From the human T2T-CHM13v2.0 reference genome, Homo sapiens: a stretch of DNA of 64,000 nucleotides. Below, piece by piece: positions 29,962 to 53,480 of this stretch. The position numbers and the translations under genes are program-made. The notes beneath the pieces are model-generated. The model ran no database searches and was not told the origin of the DNA. It saw only the letters and a program-made list of their open reading frames with translations. The stretch lies in the NCBI RefSeq assembly GCF_009914755.1, contig NC_060930.1; one strand, 5' to 3'. Position 1 is the first letter of the stretch. Every line of letters begins with the position of its first letter.

Positions 29962-30410
29962 TGTGAAAGGAAAATTAATCTTGGGGCCTCCAAATCACTA
30001 AGCTATAGGGAAAATTCAGGCTGGGAAGTGATTAGGGCCAACCTGTCTCCCATTCTATCCAAAGTCACCCCTCTGCTCACTGAGATAAATGGATATCTGA
30101 TTGCCTCCTTTAGAGAGGATAATCAGAAACTCAGAAGAATGCAGCCATTTGTCTGTTATCTACCTATGACATGGAAAGCCCCCTCCTGGCTTCAAGTATC
30201 ACCTTTGCTTCAAGTTGTCCCGCCTCATCATGCATATGTTGATTGATGTCTCATGTCTCCCTAGAATGTATAAAACCGAACTGTGTTCTGACCACCTCGG
30301 GCACATGTCATCAGGAGCTCCTGAGGCTGTGTCACGGATGCATGTGCTCAAATTTGGCAAATAAACTTTCTAAATTAACTGAGACCTGTCTCAGATTTTG
30401 GGGGCTCACA
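29962..30410 (+). mobile_element. MER4A1-like ERV1 solo LTR
   Basis: Termini TGTGAAAGGAAAA...GCTCACA, 4-bp TSD CCTT at 29958-29961 and 30411-30414, and AATAAA at 30359-30364. Confidence 0.88.
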
Positions 30411-30598
30411 CCTTCCACTTTACTTATTTATTCCGACATTTTTCGATGGAGTCTTCAGGGTTTTCTATATATAAGATTATATTGTCTACAAACAGAGATG
30501 GTTTAACTTCTTTCTTTCTAACTTGAATGCCTTTTATTTCCTTTTTTTCTTTCTTTTTTTTCTTTTTTGACCAACTGCTCTGGCAAGGGCTTTCAGTA

Positions 30599-30965
30599 CA
30601 GAGAGTCTCTGACTTGTGATGGTTAACTTACAAAATTTCAATTTAAAGTAGTGTCAAAGCAATGCACAATCAGCACAAACACACTTCAAGTACTCATACA
30701 ACCATTCTATTTTTCACTTTGAGGACTGTTCAGTTAATTATGTGTGATAGTCAGCACTTTATTATAAAATAGGCTTTATTTTAGATGTTTTCTTTCCAAA
30801 TGTAATGTAATCTAATGTAAGTGTTCTGAGCATACTTAAGGTAAACTAGGCTAAACTATGATGTTTGACAGGTTAGATCTATTAAACACATTTTGAACTC
30901 ACAATATTTTCAACTTACAATGGGTTTATTCAAATGTAATCCCATTGTAAGTTGAGGAACATCTG
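30599..30965 (-). mobile_element. MER47A non-autonomous Tigger-family DNA transposon
   Basis: Inverted termini CAGA.../...TCTG, TA duplicated on both sides, about 367 bp. Confidence 0.85.
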
Positions 30966-31699
30966 TACTATGTTGAATGCAAGTGGAAAGAGTGGGTATC
31001 CTTGTCTTGTACTTGGTCTTAGAGGAAAGACTTTCAACTTTTTACCATTGATTATGATGTTAACTATGGACTTGTCATATATAGCTTTTCTTTTGTGGAG
31101 GTACATCCCTTCTATCTAATTCATTGAAAGTTTTTAGCATGAAATGATGTTTAATTTTGTCAAATGCCTTTTCTGTATCTATTCAGATTATATGGCTTTT
31201 ATTCTTCATTATGATAATGTGGTGCATTACATTTATAGGAACATTTATGTTATATATAGTATAGCTACCCTTTCTATATTTAGTTTTCATTTATTTGGAA
31301 TATCTATTTCTATCCCTCCACTTTCAGTGTATTTGTGTACTTAAAGGTCAAGTCAGTCACTTGTAGGCAGCATTTAATTGGCTAATATATTTTTTATCCA
31401 TTCAGCCACTCAATGTTTTTGGATTGGAGAACTTAATCCATTTACTTTCACTAATTGTAGAAAAGTAAGAACTTAGTACTGTGGTTTTGTTGTTTTCTGG
31501 TTATTTTGTACATTTTTTTCCTTCTTCTCTTACATTCTTTGCAATTACTTATTTTTCCCTAGTGTTATGCTTTGAATTTTTACTTTTTATCTTTTGTGTA
31601 TCTACAAAGCTTTTTGCTTTGTGGTTACCATAAGACTCACGTAAAGCATCTTATAGTTATAACAGTATGTTTTAAGCTGATAACAACGTAGCTTTAATT

Positions 31700-32150
31700 T
31701 TCTTTCCAACTTTTTTTTGTTTTAGGTTCAGGGAGTACATGTGCAGTTTATTACGTGGGTAAATTGGGTGTCACGGGGATTTGGTGTACAGAATATTTTT
31801 TCACATAGGTAATAAGCATAGTACTCAATAGGTAGTTTTGCAATCCTCACTCTACTCCCACCCCCCACTCTCAAGTAGGCCCCAGTATCTATTGCTCTTC
31901 TCTTTTTGTCCATGTGTACTCAATATTTAGCTCTCACTTATAAATGAGAACATACAGGATTTGGTTTTCTGTTTCTATTTTAATTCACTTAGGACAATGG
32001 CCTTCAGCTCCATCCATGTTGCTGCAGAGGACATGAACTCATTCATTTTTATGACTGCAGAATATTCCATGATGTATATGCACCACATTTTCTTTATCCA
32101 GTCCACGGTTGATGAGCAGTTAGGTTGATTCCATGTCTTTGCTATTGTAA
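31700..32150 (-). mobile_element. L1PA15/16-like 3' fragment
   Basis: Typical 3' UTR (tttccaactttt...gtacatgtgcag) and end of ORF2, with degenerate flanking duplication. Confidence 0.8.
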
Positions 32151-32806
32151 ATCCAATTTAACTTTCATTGCATAAAGAAATCTGCACTTCTACTATCTCC
32201 CCACATTTTATGTTTTCAGTTTCACAATTTGCATCTTTTTATATTGTGTACCCTTGAACAGATTATTTTAGCTATTATTATTTTTAGTATTTTTTCTTTT
32301 AGGCTTCATACTAAGATTTAAGTGATATACATGCCACTTTTACAATATTAGAATATTCTAATTTTCCTTTATGCTTACTTTTTACCAGTGAGTTTTATAC
32401 TTTCATGTTTTAGGTTACTAATAGCATCATTTTCTTACCTTAAATAACTCCTTTTCACAATTTTTAAGACAGTTCTGGGGGTTGATAAACTCTCTCACTT
32501 TTGTCTGGGGAAGTCTTTATCTCTTATTCATTTCTGAAAGACCGCTTTGCCAGATAAATTAGTCTCGGTTGGCAGTTTGCTGTTGTTGTTGTTTTGGGGG
32601 GATTGTTTGTTTTTTCTGGGCATTTTGTATACATCATCTCTCTCTTCTGACCTCTAAAAATTCTGTTCATAGCCTTACTAAAAACTCCTTTTTCAGTATG
32701 TGATATGCTTCTTTTTCTTGCTACTCTCATGATCCTCTCTTTGACTTTGATTTTTGAATCCATGGCTATAATATGTCTTGTACAGTTTTATTTGGATTGA
32801 ATGTAA

Positions 32807-33176
<370 letters not shown>

Positions 33177-34416
33177 AGCTTTTTTTTTTTTTAATAATAT
33201 AAGATTTCTGTCCCTTTATATTTTTTTCTCTTCTTTAACTCATAATTTACAATACTTGATCTTTTCATTTTGTTCCATAAATTCAGTTTTCTTCTCTTCT
33301 TCGCATATTTTCAAATAACTTGTCTCTAAATCTTTTTTCCTACTTGATGCATTCTGCTATTGAAAATATTGTTTTTTATTTATTGTATTTTCAGCCCCGG
33401 AATTTTCCTTTTTTAATACAATTTTAATATCTCTGTAAAATTTATCATTTTTTAATTGTTATCCCGATTTCAATAAACTAATTCTGTGTATTTTCTTAAA
33501 CTGTGCTGAGCTTCCTTAAAATAATTATTTTTAATTATTTCTCAGAAAATTTGCACATCTCCATTTCTTTGGGGCAACTACTAAATTATCGTGGTCTTTG
33601 TGGTGATATGCCTCTTTGGTTTTTAATGTTTCTTGTTGCTTTGTGCTGATGTCTGCACATTTGGTGGAGAAGTCATTTATTCAGACTCTGCATACTAGTT
33701 TTGGTGTTGAAAGATCATGCCTTATGGGGTGGGTGTGTACAGCGGTGCTTGCTAGTTGGAGTTCAGAGGTTCCAGCACCAAGGGCAAAGTTGCATAGTCT
33801 CTGTATAGTTCTATCAACTGATGTCAAGGTTGATGAAGATTGCATGTATCCTTAGCAGCAAACACTGTGGATATCTACAGTTGTGATGAGAATTGCTGGG
33901 ACCTTTAATAACAATCACTACTAGGGTCCTTTCAGTCTTTTATTTTCCTGCTGGAGAAGTTGTAATTGAATAAATCCATTTTGGCATTGGGTTAAGTTTG
34001 CTAGCCCTTTTATATCCGTGGTGGCACTGGAGTCCGATGAGTTGGTCAAGCATAGGGCTGAGGCCTAACATATAGGCTTGCAGGGAGGGAATACTGACTC
34101 TGGAGTCTGGGGCAGTAATGGCACTGGGCTTAGGGCACAGGTGCATCCATTGCCACATTGGTAACTGTATGCAAGGCATGGGTGATTATGAAACACCTGG
34201 GAAGTCAAGAAAGAGAGGACAGGCAGGCTCAGAGTTCGCTGTAGATGTAGCTCTCTATGGCTGCTATGCTTAACCCAGAGCATGGGTATGCTCAAGAGAC
34301 CATGGCTTCAAAGAGAAACATCTGAACTAGCTCTGTATGACTGTGCACTACAGCGTCTGAGACATTTATACATTCTTATGTTGATAGATGCTCAGATAGA
34401 TTCTAGATCTTGGCTA

Positions 34417-38075
<3,659 letters not shown>

Positions 38076-38674
38076 GTATTGACTATTGTGAATAGGGTTC
38101 CAGTGAACATGGTGATGCAGGTATCCTTTTGAGATACTGATTTAATTTCCTTTGGACAAATAGTAGTTGGATTGGTGGATTATATTGTAATTCTATTTTT
38201 TGTTTTTTTGAGAAATCACCATACTGCTTTCCATGGCTACACTAATTTGCATTCCTACTAACAGTACATAAACATTCCTTTTTATCCACATTCTCACCAG
38301 CTTCTGGTTTTTTTTTTTTTTTTGTCTTCTTAATCATAGCCATTCTAACTGGAATGAGACGGATCACATTGTAGTTTTTATTTGCATTTCCCTGATGATT
38401 ACATTGAGCATTTTTTTGTATAACTGTTACCCATTTGTATGTCTCCTCCTAAGGCATGTTGGTTCATGTCCTTTGCCCACTTATTACTTGGATTATTTAT
38501 TTTTTATTGTTGCATTGCTTGAGTTTCTTGCATACTCTGGATATTAGTCCATTTATTTAGATAAGTAGTTGGCAAATATATTCTCTCATTCTGTAAGTTA
38601 CCTCTGCCCTCTTGATGGTTTCCTTTGCTATGCAGAATCTTCTTAGTTCAATATAGTCCAATTCAACTATTTTT

Positions 38675-39235
38675 TTGTTTTTTGTTTTCTAACTTTTACT
38701 TTAGCTTCACAGGGTACATATGCAAGTTTATTACATGGATAATTTCTGTGTCACTGCAGTTTGGTATACAAATGATCTTTTCACTGAGGTAGTGAGCACG
38801 GTACCCAATAGGTAGTTGTTCAGGTATTACCCCCTCCTTCTGACCCTACCTGCTATAGTAGTCCCTGGTGTCTATTTTTCCCATCTTGCTGTTCATGTGT
38901 ACTCAATGTTTAGCTTCCACTTATATGTGAAAATGTGTGGTATTTGGTTTTCTGTTCCTGCATTAATTAATTTGCTTAGGTAATGGCCTCTAGCTGCATT
39001 TGCACTGCTGCAAAAGACATGATTTTGTTCTCTTTTTATAGCTGCAATAGTATTCCATGATATATATAATGCATATATTATGTATATAATACATATATTT
39101 TATTTATATATATAATATATATATATATAAATACATCTTCTTTATCCAGTCCACTGTTGATGGGCATCCAGGTTGACTCCATGTATTTGCTATTGTGAAT
39201 AGTGCTTTGATGAACACGTGAGTGCATTTATCTTT
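38675..39235 (-). mobile_element. Nested L1PA15/16-like 3' fragment with TA-rich expansion
   Basis: 3' UTR ttctaacttttactttagcttcacagggtacatatgc, with a TA-rich tract at about 39060-39130. Confidence 0.75.
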
Positions 39236-41133
39236 TTGGTGTTGTTGCCTGTGTTTTTGAGGTCTTTGCCTTAAAATCTTTGCCTAGAAAAATGTCCTGA
39301 AGTGTTTTCTCTGCTTTCTTCTAGTTGTTTCATAGCTTCATGGCTTATATTTAAGTCTTTAATTGATCTTGAGTTGAATTTTGTATATGGAGAGGTAGTG
39401 GGGTCCATTTTCATTCTTCCACATATGGATATACAACTTATTTAACATCATTTACTAATGTGGGTGTCCTTTTCCCAGTGGATGTTCTTGATATCATTGT
39501 TGAACGTCACTTGGCTGTGAATATATGGAATTATTTCTGCATTTGTTATTCTGTTCAATTAGTCTATGTTTGCTTTTATACCAATACTATATTGTTTTGA
39601 TTACTTAATCATTGTAATATATTTTGAAGTCAGGTAGTGTGATCCCTCTAGCTTTGCTCTTTTTCCTCGGGATTGCTTTGGATATTTGGGCTCCTTTTTG
39701 TTTCCATGTGAATTTTAGGATTGTTTCTATTTATACGAAAAATGATATTGGTATTTTAAAAAGGATTGTATTGAATCTGTAGATTAGAGTAATATGATCA
39801 TTTCAATGTTAATTATTCCTATCCATGAGTATGAGATGCCTGTCCATTTATTTGTGTTTTCTTCCATTTTTGTTATCAGTAGTCTGTAGTTGTCCTTGTA
39901 AAGGCCTTTAACCACTGTGGTTACATGTTTTTTTTGGGGGGTAATTTTTGTAGTATTTTAAATGGGATTACCATCTTGATATCTTTCTCAATAAGTTGGT
40001 TATTAGTGTCTAGAAATTCTACAGGGATTTGTATATTGTTTCAGTTTTCTCCAACTTTACTGAGTTTATTAGATCTAAGAGTTTTTGGTGGGCATTAGGT
40101 TTTTCTAGATAAAAGATATCATTTGCCTAAAGGAACAGTTTGACTTCCTCTTTTCCAATTTGGATGCATTTTATTTATTTCTCTTGCCTAATTGCTCTGG
40201 TTAGGACTTCTAGTACTATGTGGAATAAAAATATTAGAGTTAAACTAGGTATCTTTGTCTTGTTCCAGTACCAAGAGGAAAAGCTTTCAGAATTTCTCCA
40301 TTCAGTCTGATGTTAGCAGCTGTGGGAGTATCATATATGGCCTTTATTATGTTGAAGTATGTTCCTTCTATGACTAGTTTATTGAACTTTCCCATTATGA
40401 AAAGATGTTGAATGTAATCAAATGTTTTATCTGCATCTATTGAGATGATCACATGGGTTTTGTCCTTTATTCCATTGGTGTAATGTATTGAACTATCCTT
40501 GCATTTCTGGGATGAATTCTACTTGATCGCAGTGTATTTTCCTTTTGATGCGCTGTGTATTTGGTTTTCTAGCATATTGTTGATTATGTTTGCAACTGTG
40601 TTCATTATGTTTATTGACCTGTAGTTTTATTTATTTGTTACTTCTTTGCTGAATTTGGTAGTAGGGTAATAACTGGTCTCTTAGAACGAATTAGGGAGAA
40701 TTCACTCCTCTTCAGTTGTTTGGAATAGTTTGAGGATAATTTGTGTTATTCTTTATAAGTTTGGTAGAGTTCAACAGTGAAGCCATCCAGTCCTGAACTT
40801 TTTGTGTTGTTAGAAGATGTTTTTATTACTGATACAATTTCATTACTTGTGATTGATCTGTTAAAGTTTTCTATTTCTTTCTGAATCATTTTTGGCAGGT
40901 TGTTTGTGTCCAGGAATTTATTTATCTCCTCGAGATTATCCATTTTGTTAATGTATAGTTGTTCATAATTGTCTGTGATGATCTTTTGTATTTCTATGGT
41001 ATCTGTTGCAATGTCTCCCTTTTCATTTCTGCTTGTATTTATTTGGATATTCTACCTTTGTTTCCTTGGTTAGTCTAGATAACAGATTATCGATTTTGTT
41101 TAGTTTTTTTTTTTTTAGAAAAACTTTTGTTGA

Positions 41134-41427
<294 letters not shown>

Positions 41428-43956
41428 AAAAACTTTCGTTGATGTTTTATATTGTTTATATGAGTTTCTATTTCATCATCAGTTCTGCTTGATCTTTATT
41501 AGTTTTTTTTTTCTATTAAGGGTGAATTTGGTTTATTCTTGTTTTCCTAGTTTGTTTATTGAGCTATATCATTAGATTGTTTGAAATCTTTCTACCTTTT
41601 TATGTAGACTTTTATTACTATAAACTTTCCTTTCAGTACTGCTTTTGCTATATCCCATGTTTTGATATGTTGCGTATTGATTTTTATTTGTTTCAAGACA
41701 TTTTTTAATTTTCTCCCTAATATTTTCTTGACCTAATGCTCATTCAGGCACATATTATTTAATTTGAATGTATTTGTACAGTTTCTAAAGTTCTTCTTTT
41801 TACTGATTTTATATTTTATTCCACTGTGGTCACAGAAGATACTTAATACTAATTTTTTTTTAGATTTTTAAGACTTTTGTGTTCTAACATGGTCAATCCT
41901 GGGGGATATTTCATGTGCTGATAAGAATAACTTATATTCATGGAAGAAATGTTCTGTAAGTGTCTGTTAGGTCCATTTGGTCTATGTTCAGTTTAAATCC
42001 AATGTTTCTTTGTTGATTTTCTGTCTAGATAATCCGTCTAATGCTTAGAGTTGGTTGTTGAAGTTCCCAACTATTAGAGTATTGTAACCTATCTTTCCCC
42101 TTAGATCTAATAATATTTGCTTTGTATATCTGTAGACAATGGTGTTGGGTACATATATGTTTAAAATTGTCCTATCTTCGTGGTGTATTGTACTTTTATC
42201 ATATAGATTGACTTCACTTTTTTTTGACTTAAAGTCTATTTTATCAAAGTATCACTTCTCCTGCTACTTTTCACTTCTATTTGCATTGAATATTTTTTCT
42301 ATACCTTTATTTTCAGTCTATATGTGTCTTTACAGGTGAGATGAGTTTCTTGTAAGCAGCATATAGTGGGGTTATGTTTTTAAATCCATTCAGCTGATCT
42401 ATATCTTTTAAGTGGAAAGTTTAATTTGTTTATATTCAAGGTTGTTATTAATATGTGATGGCTTATTCCTGCCATTTTACTAATTGGTTTCTGGCTGTTT
42501 GTGTGTCTTTCCTTCCTTTCCTTTTATCTATTTGCTTTCTATTGTGATTTGGCAGTTTTCTGTATTGGTAACATTTAAGTCCTTTGTCTTCCTTATTTGT
42601 TTGCTCTACTAGTTCATAATAAACCTTTGTGTATTTCCATAATGGTAGATATCTTCATTTCACTTCTGGTTGTAGGACTCCTTTCAGCATTTCTTGTAGG
42701 GCCAGTCTAATGGTGATGAGTCTCATGAGATTTTGCTTGTCTGGGAAATACTTAATTTCTCTTTATGAAGACTTCCTTTATTGGGTATGTTATTCTTGAC
42801 TGGCAGGTTTTTTCCTTTTTTTAGACTTTGAATAAATCATCCTCTTCTCTCCTGTCCTGTAAGGTTTCTGCTTAGAAATCCACTGTTCATATGGTGAGTG
42901 TTCATTAAAAGTGACCATGGGCTTTTCTCTTGCTATTGCTCTCTTTGCCTTTGACTTTTGACAGTTTTATCGGATATAAGTATTACTACATGTATCTGGG
43001 TGATCTAGTGTTGGGTGCATATGTGTTTAGAATTGTTATATCTTCTTTCTAATTGGTCCCTTTATAATTATATAATGACCTTCTTTGTTTCTTTTTACTG
43101 CAATGTAATATACAGTAGGGAAGATCTTTTTTAATTCTGTCTCTTTGGGGATCTCTGAGCTTCCTGTGTTTGGCTGTCTAAATATCTTTTTAGACTTGAG
43201 AAGTTTTCAGCTATTATTTTGTTAAATTGCTTTTCTCTCCCTTTTGTTCTCTCTTTGCATTTGGGGGTCACTGGAAATTCAAATATTTGTTTCCTTTATC
43301 ATGGTGCCAATGTCACATATTCTTTATTCATTCTTTTTCATTCTGTCATCTTTATTTTTGTCTGACTGGGTTGTTTCAAAAAACCTATTTTCAAGTTCTG
43401 GATTTTTTAATTCTGCTTGACCTAGTTGATTGAAGCTTTCAAATATATTTTGTGTTTTATTCAATGAATTATTCGGTTCTAAAATTTAAGTTCTTTTTAA
43501 TGCTATCTATCTCATTGATACATTTCTCATTCATATCATGAATTACTTTTTCTGATTTCTTTGTATTGTCTATCTGTATTCTATCTCACTGAGCTTTTTT
43601 TAAAATTGATATTTTGAATTCTTTTTCCAGGATTTCATAAATTTATTTTCCATAATAAATTGTTGCTGGAGAATTACTGTGTTTAGTGGCAAAATCTTTC
43701 CTTTTATCATGTATCTTGTGTCCTTAGTTTGATATCTGAACATCTGGTATATCAGTTGCTTTTCCCATTTTTGAAATTTGTTTTTTTAGTAGATGACTTT
43801 TTCCTAAAGATAATTCCATTATTTTGGTTATATTAGGCACATGGTGTTGGTTAGTTTGGTTGATGTTGATCAGATTCTGGGAGCATGCATTGTGTGGTCT
43901 TCTTATGATTTCCTCAGCTCTAAGCAGTATTAGTATTGTTTCTTATTTCCTCCATG

Positions 43957-49496
<5,540 letters not shown>

Positions 49497-50475
49497 TATA
49501 TATCTTACTCTGCTTATTGGGTCACCTTGTTGAAGAATATATTTGTCTCAACTCTAAAAGAATGTTCTTTCATTTTTGTATTAATACAGTGAAAATATTT
49601 CATAAATGTTCCCAAAGGAGTTTTCTTTTTTTCTCAATGTTAATACTTTCTTAATGAATTTGAACAAAAATGTACCAGGAAAATAAAAAAAGTTCTGTGG
49701 ATTTGAGTTCTAATTAGTCTACTTTTCAGAGGATCCATTTCCTTGACTGTGGAATAGTGATAAACTATCTGCTCACCTCATAGGGCTTCTGACACATTTC
49801 TTAATTAATTAGCTAATGATAAAGCCAGTTTTCATTTTTATACTGATTCTGCCATTCTCTCATTTTATGCTTGCTATTGTCTAGTTTTTAGGCCTTTCTG
49901 TGACTTGACTTATCTATCTCACATTCAACCATCTAGTCCAAATTAAAAGTTCTACAAGATGCATCTACATTTCTTCTCATGACTATGTATATGATTCAAT
50001 GCTACCCCTCCCTGAGTTGAGTTGTATCAGGAAGATTCAGTATGATATCACATCTATTCCCCTATAGATGATGAACCTACTACTCTGGGATTGTTTTATA
50101 TCAAAATAAGTACCATGAATTCAAAAGTTTTGGCAAAAGATTGAATTTAACACTGGTATGACTCCTTGCCAAGTCACTGTTAAGACCCCTTGCCAAGTAT
50201 TCTCAGATTCATTTGAGTATTCTCTGCAAGAATGCAGGGAAAGGATTTGGAGCTTCATGAAACAGCAAGAAAGAAAAGTCATTCACCATGATTGTAAAGT
50301 CTTTGAATAAAGGAAATGTTTTTTATTTCCCCCTTGTTCACCAGTGACAGGATGACAGAAGGTGTTAAATATTTCAAATATATTTCGTTTGCCTGAAACT
50401 CTGATATCTTTATATGACATTTTTCTTAGGTAATTTATAGCCAATTTTTTAAAGGAGTTTGTTGTTTATTTGTAG

Positions 50476-50733
50476 GAGCAAGCCAGTTATGATGTGTCAC
50501 GCTATGAAAACATTTTCTACCTGTTCTGGGTTCTGGAGCAGCTTCTTCAAAAGGAAACCGAAGAAGGCAACACTTCAAGTATAGGTCATGATGACCAAGA
50601 AATCAAGAAATTTCTTCAGAAGCATGATGAAACTATTTTCCAACTTTCTGATGCATTTCCTTTGTTTACTTTTTATTTATGGAGAGTGGGCATTCTTTTG
50701 AGCTCAGCACAGATAGAAACTCTTAGAAAATAA
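50476..50733 (+). CDS. MEI4: Terminal coding exon (85 codons plus TAA) of meiotic double-strand break formation protein MEI4
   Basis: Acceptor tttgttgtttatttgtag|GAG, then a non-repeat open frame EQASYDVSRYENIFYLFWVLEQLLQKETEEG...DAFPLFTFYLWRVGILLSSAQIETLRK*. Recognised from memory as the MEI4 C-terminus. Upstream exons were not seen in the window. Confidence 0.92.
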   Translation, partial: EQASYDVSRYENIFYLFWVLEQLLQKETEEGNTSSIGHDDQEIKKFLQKHDETIFQLSDAFPLFTFYLWRVGILLSSAQIETLRK

Positions 50734-51815
50734 CTCCATTCCTTAGCAATTTACCACGTTTGAAGCATAATAAAGTAGAATATATGAAAATCTCATACTG
50801 AAAAGATTTTCAATAGTATTTTAATTAGCATTTTAGAATTGATCTCTAAATATAATTATCAATTCAACTTAATGGTTAGTCTTAAATTGTATGAAATTTT
50901 ATGAGTCATATTTCTATACTAAAATCAGCCAGTTTCGGTTGGTAATGCCATCCTTATTCCCATGTAACTGTATCTTATTTCACTCAATATAGTTTAGCTC
51001 TATTATTCTGTAAAATGGACCATTAATTGTCTGTCCCTTAAAAGATATTGAAGTTGTAAAAGATTTCCATATAATTGATGCTAAATGGTAATCAAAGAAA
51101 GAGATTTTTAAAGTTTAGTTGCATTATCAACACAAAGTGTTGGAATATAAGAAGTGGTCATAAATGCAATTTTTAAAACTTTTTCTTACATAGTTGAACT
51201 TATATCATTGCTTTCACCTTAGACGAGAATCATATAGAAGTAGAACTTTTTTAACATTTGGAAACTTAATTGCTTTTTATTTATTTCAATTTCATATGGC
51301 TAATACATTTGTCGAGCTCTTTTGAAAATACTATTAGTTGTTTAAAATGTTCTTTGTTTTTCAACAAATACTTGTTTCAATTCTGTTAATTAAATATGTT
51401 ATAATAGTCTTGTAATTGTTAAATAGTATACAATTAAGTCACTAGACATATTTTATAAATTCTAATATCCATCTAAAAGTGAAATTTATAGTTATTTGGT
51501 GGAATTTTTCAGTTATACAATTTCATTGACTTCATTTCAATGATTAAAATCATAACCGCAAACTTAATGAGCATATGTTACATTTCCTATAGTGCCATTT
51601 AGGGAACACAAAATATAAATTTCCTTTATTAATGATATGTGATGGTGTTTCATAAGTTAATTAGCATTCCTAAATGTCGTTGGCATTAAAAGTAATCTTG
51701 ATAATTCCATCTACAATGTATATACAATTATGTCATCTGGCACAAACAATTATCTTTGGAATTATTTCTAGCATTTTTGAAAAGATAATGCCTTTTTGAT
51801 AATCCTGAAACTACA

Positions 51816-52302
51816 TGTATGTCAGTCAGCTTTTGTTATGTGACAGATAGATAATCAATCACAAAATATCTATCAGTGGCATACAACAATAATATTTCTC
51901 AGATATATGCAGGTCACTCAAGGATCAGCTGATTTGGACTGGACTTGACTTTAATGAAAAGCTCTGCTGAGGTTGCACATACCACAGGAATAGGCTTCTT
52001 GCTAAAAGTCAGGCTTTCTTCTCTTCCACATGTGCATATTCTGAGAACCAGACTTGGGGGATAGTAGCTTCTCAGTGGAAGCTCCTCTCATGGCAGTGGC
52101 AATTGAGCAAGACGAAAGGCTAGGCTGAGAAATGTCACATTAGCACTTCCATCCACATGCATTGTCAAAGTACATCAAATGGTCAAGCCCAAAGAAAAGT
52201 GACTGACAGGGGAGTAGACTTGAGTGGGAGAACTTGCAGTTACAGGGCAATGAGCATGGATGTAGGTAGGTAATTATTAGGGCCAATAATTTACTTCACA
52301 AC
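51816..52302 (-). mobile_element. Old MLT1-family solo LTR
   Basis: TG...CA termini, with ggctaggctgagaaatgtcacattagcacttcc...ggtcaagcccaaa resembling antisense MLT1. Confidence 0.65.
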
Positions 52303-53109
52303 AAGTACCAGTTGAATACAAGAAGTATATTCCAAATCTTGGATTAGGAGGGATTTTTCTAATGTCTGATTCCTGTGAACACCTGTGAAGGCTTATGGAA
52401 GTCACTTCAGTTGATATAGCATTACACAAAATCCACTTTCCATGACACCTTCATCTTCTTTCATTGTGATTAAACAAGATTGGTAAATACACAAGTATCA
52501 GCAATGGCCCTTTCCCTATTGCAGCCAGCCAACGTAATGATCAGCTAAGAGACTTTTGGAGCTACAACAAATTTATTAATTTCAGTGGTCTCCAAGGCTT
52601 CAAGGTCTGAAAATTAGCCTAGGAAATATATTTATTATAAAAGAAGATGCAAGATGTTGGGATCACTGTGAATGCACAAAATGGAGAAACATTTTATTTC
52701 CATTTGGTATCCATTTTATATAAACATTTAACTTCCACCAAGTATATGATACTTTAATTATCCTGGGTTTCAGTCTATATCAGAGTGAATGGTGTAGTAA
52801 ATTAGTATTAAGGTCCAAATCTACTGGTCAAAAAGAAGATAAAATGATAAAATGAGACATTTTTATCTGTGTTTCAGTAAAGCAGTGAATTAATGAATGA
52901 TTTAAACTGGTATTACAATGTTTAAGAATGTTATAACAGTTTATATTTAGGTAATGTCTAACTTTAGAATTAAGGTTTTAGGGATAAGAGTAATGGAGTC
53001 AGTAGTAATTGGGCAGCATTGAAACTGGATATAAGATAGGATAGGAAATAAAGAGAACCATAGAATGATCATAAAAATGAAGCAAATAAAAAGTGATGAT
53101 AATTGCTAT

Positions 53110-53260
53110 AACTCTTATACTATTTAATATAAGCTATAATAAATATATGATAATATATTTTATATGAGAGTAAATATATATTAAATATTTTATATACATT
53201 TATATAATAAAATATATGAATAAGTAATATTATACATATATATACGATATGTATAATAAA
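53110..53260. repeat. AT/TA-rich low-complexity tract
   Basis: Seen directly. Confidence 0.8.
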
Positions 53261-53264
53261 TACC

Positions 53265-53480
53265 AAATAGCCAGGTACTTACCTAAGCATTTTACATATA
53301 TTAAACTGTTTGATTCTCCCAGCACCTGTAATGAGAAAGGTACGATTATTTCCTGAATCTGTATTTTAGAGATGAAGAACTCAGAACTTGCCCAAGTTCA
53401 CAACACCAGGAAGTGGCAGTTAGGTTTCATCCTGAGGCAGTCCATCTTCCAATTCCACACTCCTACTTTACTGCACTGCC
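53265..53480 (-). mobile_element. MIR SINE
   Basis: gccaggtact...ttttagagatgaagaac...acttgcccaagttcacaac. Confidence 0.7.
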
